Source: Gemmatimonadota bacterium
GTDB taxonomy: Bacteria; Gemmatimonadota; Gemmatimonadetes; Gemmatimonadales; GWC2-71-9
Reading direction: 5' to 3'
Assembly (NCBI GenBank): GCA_016713785.1
Contig: JADJOM010000002.1
Location: forward strand, 382,381 to 446,380
Length of the DNA: 64,000 nucleotides
The notes below the pieces were generated by a model that worked only from the letters and a program-made list of their open reading frames with translations, had not been told where the DNA came from and searched no databases. Each line of letters starts with the position of its first letter. Position 1 is the first letter of the stretch. The translations under genes and the position numbers were made by a program. Below, in pieces: positions 60,973 to 64,000 of the stretch.

Positions 60973-61377
60973 ATGCGTACCGTCACGACGTTCCGAGCCC
61001 TCACCGCCGCCCTGCTGCTCGCGGCCTGCGGGGGCGATGGCTCCAACGGCATCGGGCCCGGCAATCAGCTGCAGGTGACCAACGCTGCCGACGACTTCCA
61101 GCTCCAGGTCACGAGCATGCACAACGTGACCGAGACCCTTCGGTATGCCTGGACCAACACCGGGGACAGCGCCAGCATCAACCAGGCGACGGTGGTCACC
61201 GGCGGCACGGCCACGCTCACGGTGCGCGGCCCCGACAGCACCGTGGTCTACCAGTCGGACCTCACCGGCAACGGCACCTTCCAGAGCACGCTGTCGACCG
61301 CCGGGACCTGGTTCATCGAACTGCGCCTGCGCCAGGCCGATGGCGACGTGAACTTCCGGGTGCAGAAGGCGCCGTAG
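60973..61377 (+). CDS. Hypothetical lipoprotein
   Basis: AAGGAG Shine-Dalgarno 7 nt upstream of ATG 60973. Lipobox LLLAAC. 134 aa. Confidence 0.6.
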   Translation: MRTVTTFRALTAALLLAACGGDGSNGIGPGNQLQVTNAADDFQLQVTSMHNVTETLRYAWTNTGDSASINQATVVTGGTATLTVRGPDSTVVYQSDLTGNGTFQSTLSTAGTWFIELRLRQADGDVNFRVQKAP

Positions 61378-61435
61378 CGGCGGCCCGCGTGCGATCGACA
61401 TCCGCCACGCGGCGCCGGACCAAGGCGTAGATTCA

Positions 61436-61460
61436 GGGCGCGGCCCCCGGGGCCGCGCCC
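61436..61460 (+). terminator. GC-rich hairpin (candidate intrinsic terminator without a U-tract)
   Basis: GGGCGCGGCC (61436-61445) pairs perfectly with GGCCGCGCCC (61451-61460) around a 5-nt loop. It lies about 60 nt after the stop at 61377. Confidence 0.4.
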
Positions 61461-61488
61461 CCGGCCATCCCACCCGTCAGGAGGGACC

Positions 61489-61884
61489 ATGCTCCGCCTT
61501 GCCGCCATCGCCCTGCTCACCGCCGCCGCGCTGCCGCCGGTGGCCGCCGCGCCCTCCCGGCTCCAGGTACTCCCGGGACCACAGGGCGAGGCCTACGGCT
61601 TCACGCTGCGGGCCGACGGCGCTGCCGTCCGCATCGACGGGGGAGGTGTGGTGGCGGCCGGGCACGATTCCACCCTCACGGCACCCATCACCATGGACCT
61701 CGATCCCGGCGCCACCGCCACCCTCGAGGGCGACGTGACGCTGCTGGTGCTGCCCGATCGCTCCGGCGCCGGGACGACCACCGAACTGCTCGGCCCCCGG
61801 ATCCGGGTCGCTCGGGATGCCGAAGGTCGCTACCGGGTGCTCGAGGCGCGCGCGGGGCGCCAGCTCCAGGTGCGCCTGTTCTGA
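61489..61884 (+). CDS. Hypothetical secreted protein
   Basis: 131 aa. GGAGGG Shine-Dalgarno and signal peptide MLRLAAIALLTAAALPPVAAA. Confidence 0.5.
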   Translation: MLRLAAIALLTAAALPPVAAAPSRLQVLPGPQGEAYGFTLRADGAAVRIDGGGVVAAGHDSTLTAPITMDLDPGATATLEGDVTLLVLPDRSGAGTTTELLGPRIRVARDAEGRYRVLEARAGRQLQVRLF

Positions 61885-61901
61885 GCGCCCCCGGGCAGGC
61901 C

Positions 61902-62513
61902 ATGGACCCGGTCAGCCTCCCCGCCGCGGAGGCGCCTGCGGTCGTCGCCGTGATGTGCAGCGCGTTCGAGGACTATCCCGTGATGCGCTGGTGCCTGGGC
62001 GACCCCCCGGACTACGGGGCGCGGCTGCGGGACCTGGTGGGGTTCTTCGTGGCGGCGCGGGTGCTCCGGGGCGAGCCGATGTACGGGCTGCGTGAAGCCG
62101 ACGGCCAGCTCTCGGGCGCGGCGATCCTCTCCTGGAGCGCCAGCACGGTGGCGCCGCCGGCGCTCGACGCCGCCCGCGAGGCGCTCTGGGCCCGGCTGGG
62201 CGCCGAGGCGCGGGCGCGGTACGAGGCGTTCGGCGCGGTGACCCGCGGCTTCGAGGCGCCGGAGCCACACTGGCACCTGAACATGATCGGGGTGCGGCGC
62301 GGGCTCGCGGGCGGGGGTCGCGGGCGCCGCCTGCTCGACCGGGTGCACCGCCACGCGGCGGCCGACCCCCGGGCCCGGGGCGTGAGCCTCACCACCGAAC
62401 TGGCGGGGAACGTGGCCCTCTACGAGCATGTGGGATACTCGGTGACCGGCCGGGCCCGGGTGGCCGACGCCTTCGAGAGCTGGGGGATGTTCCGGGCGAC
62501 GGTGCACGCGTAG
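61902..62513 (+). CDS. GNAT family N-acetyltransferase
   Basis: 203 aa. HLNMIGVRRGLAGGGRGRRLLDRVH...NVALYEHVGY acetyl-CoA-binding-like segment. Confidence 0.7.
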   Translation: MDPVSLPAAEAPAVVAVMCSAFEDYPVMRWCLGDPPDYGARLRDLVGFFVAARVLRGEPMYGLREADGQLSGAAILSWSASTVAPPALDAAREALWARLGAEARARYEAFGAVTRGFEAPEPHWHLNMIGVRRGLAGGGRGRRLLDRVHRHAAADPRARGVSLTTELAGNVALYEHVGYSVTGRARVADAFESWGMFRATVHA

Positions 62514-62563
62514 TTTTTCGGCCGCCTTCGCCCCGCGCGCGTACCCCAGCCCTGGAGGGAGCC

Positions 62564-63037
62564 ATGTCCCCGACCCCGTTCGCCGCGACCGCCGTGCTGC
62601 TGACCCTGCTGGGCTGTGCCGAGCCACCGGCCCGCCCCGCCGAGGCGCCACGCTCCAACGCTCCCGTCACACCAGCCCCGCCCTCCGCGGGTGCGCCGCC
62701 AGGGCCCGCGACGGCCGACGCGCCCGCCCCGGTCGGCCGACCGACCTTCATCAACCGGGTCTGGCAGGTGGCCGATTCCACCGGCACCGCGAGCGGTGAC
62801 CTCTACGCGTTCCTCGGCGAGGGGACGCTCGTCGTGGCCTCGGCGCGCGGGAAGCCCGCCCTGGGCCGGTGGTCGGGCACGACCGATTCGCTGACGCTGG
62901 TGGAGCAGGGGGTGTCGCACCCGGTCGAGGTGCTGGGACTCACGCACACGACCTTCCGCATGCGCAGCCATCATCCCGGAGGCACCGTGGACCTCCTGCT
63001 GGTGCCGGCCCCGGGGCGGGCCAGCGCCCCCAACTGA
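62564..63037 (+). CDS. Hypothetical lipoprotein
   Basis: 157 aa with lipobox LLTLLGC and a Pro/Ala-rich linker. Confidence 0.55.
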   Translation: MSPTPFAATAVLLTLLGCAEPPARPAEAPRSNAPVTPAPPSAGAPPGPATADAPAPVGRPTFINRVWQVADSTGTASGDLYAFLGEGTLVVASARGKPALGRWSGTTDSLTLVEQGVSHPVEVLGLTHTTFRMRSHHPGGTVDLLLVPAPGRASAPN

Positions 63038-63052
63038 CCCGTGAGGAAGCCG

Positions 63053-63829
63053 ATGAGTCGTGCCTGGCGCAGGTGGATCGTCACGGGCCTCCTGGCGCTG
63101 CTGCCGGCGGGCTGCGCCCGGCGGGAGGCGCGCCCGGCGGATGGTGGCGTGCTGCAGGGGGCCCTCGCCTTTCCTGCGGGGATCGCGCTCCCCGCGGGCG
63201 CCACCATCGAGGTGCGCCTCGACGACGTGTCGCGGCAGGACGCCGCGGCGGCCACCATGGCGGAGACGACCTTCGTCGCGGGAACGACCGTGGGGCCGAT
63301 TCCCTTCACGCTCCGGTTCCCGGCCGAGTCGATCGTCGAGTCGCGCAGCTACTCGGCCCGGGCCAGTGTCCGCAGCGGAAGCCGGCTCCTGTACACCACC
63401 ACCGCCGCGTACCGGGTGCTGACCCAGGGCAACCCGGCGCGCGTGGACCTGGCGCTGGTCCGGGTGCCGGAGGCCGCGGGCACGCCGGCCGCGGCGCTGG
63501 TCGGGACGGCCTGGCGGCTGGCGGACCTGGCGGGGACGGTGGCGATCAGCGGGACCCACGCCACGCTCGAGTTCCCGCAGGCGGGCCGGGTGATCGGCAG
63601 CGGTTCCTGCAACCGCTTCTTCGGCCCCGTGGAGCTGGCGGGGGACACCATCCGCGTGGGCGCGCTGGCGGTCACCCGGAAGGCCTGCGCCGAGCCCGCG
63701 ATGCGGCAGGAGGCGCGCTACCTCGCCGCGCTCGCCGCGGCGGCACGGCTCACGGTCGACGCCACCGCGCTCCTGCTCTACCCGGGCGACGGGGGCCAGC
63801 CGCTCCGCTTCGTGCCGGAGCGGCCGTAA
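63053..63829 (+). CDS. YbaY-like lipoprotein fused to a META (HslJ-like) domain
   Basis: ATG 63053 follows AGGA. Lipobox LLPAGC. The N-terminal half resembles YbaY (IEVRLDDVSRQDAAA...). The C-terminal half has GTAWRLADL...GSGSCNRFFG...ACAEPAMRQEARYLAAL, typical of META. Confidence 0.7.
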   Translation: MSRAWRRWIVTGLLALLPAGCARREARPADGGVLQGALAFPAGIALPAGATIEVRLDDVSRQDAAAATMAETTFVAGTTVGPIPFTLRFPAESIVESRSYSARASVRSGSRLLYTTTAAYRVLTQGNPARVDLALVRVPEAAGTPAAALVGTAWRLADLAGTVAISGTHATLEFPQAGRVIGSGSCNRFFGPVELAGDTIRVGALAVTRKACAEPAMRQEARYLAALAAAARLTVDATALLLYPGDGGQPLRFVPERP

Positions 63830-63872
63830 CCGCCGGCCGCCGCGCGGCCACCTCCGCACACGCCCCCCCGCC

Positions 63873-64000
63873 ATGGATCCGCTCGCGCTCCCGCCCACCG
63901 CCACGCTCCGCCCCCTCATCCCCGCGGACGCTCCCGACCTGCACCGCCTCGTCACCGCCAACCGCGCCCACCTCGACCGGTGGCTGCGCTGGTCGAGCGG
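63873..64000 (+). CDS. N-terminal fragment of a GNAT (RimJ/RimL-type) acetyltransferase running off the right edge
   Basis: ATG 63873. MDPLALPPTATLRPLIPADAPDLHRLVTANRAHLDRWLRWS is typical of RimJ-like N-termini. Confidence 0.6.
   Translation, partial: MDPLALPPTATLRPLIPADAPDLHRLVTANRAHLDRWLRWSS

Overview
Very GC-rich bacterial chromosomal segment. The protein families and repeat style resemble Gemmatimonadota-like soil bacteria, but I cannot verify taxonomy without a search. I call 58 protein-coding genes (two partial at the window edges), one apparently frameshifted MocR-type regulator gene and one tRNA-Phe(GAA). I see no rRNA, CRISPR array, transposase, integrase, phage gene, or recognisable defence or toxin-antitoxin module. 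Content is mostly core and envelope functions: ddl, mutS, holA, upp, cystathionine beta-synthase, an ECF sigma/anti-sigma pair, an M16 peptidase pair and an ArsR-controlled TolC/MFP/RND efflux operon. There are also two Ser/Thr kinases, three histidine kinases, a GH127 glycosidase, a penicillin-acylase-family Ntn hydrolase and many lipoproteins. Long antisense ORFs in the six-frame track are GC artefacts. I do not find a convincing novel multi-gene system. The most unusual signal is non-coding: two families of G-rich short tandem repeats, a heptamer GGGAAGC/GGGAAAC and an octamer GGCGGTAG/GGCGGTAA. They occupy at least 13 intergenic sites, nearly all directly 3' of stop codons. Several form inverted pairs that make very long hairpins. 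The octamer family carries stop codons in all three frames. Secondary observations: a MocR regulator split by a frameshift, possibly at a G6 run, and a Ser/Thr kinase with no canonical start codon (CTG aligns with the ATG of its paralog). A decaheme cytochrome c is paired with a His-rich 4-TM protein. An AT-rich operator island with three ACCATATA/TATATGGT boxes sits between arsR and the efflux operon. A TATATTCCCGCCC promoter-like motif is shared by tRNA-Phe and the FKBP gene. There is also a bacterial SET-domain gene and an unassigned Tat-secreted partner of GH127. Gene starts were set by counting residues from the supplied ORF track and checking the codon in the sequence. All family assignments are motif or recall based and were not searched.
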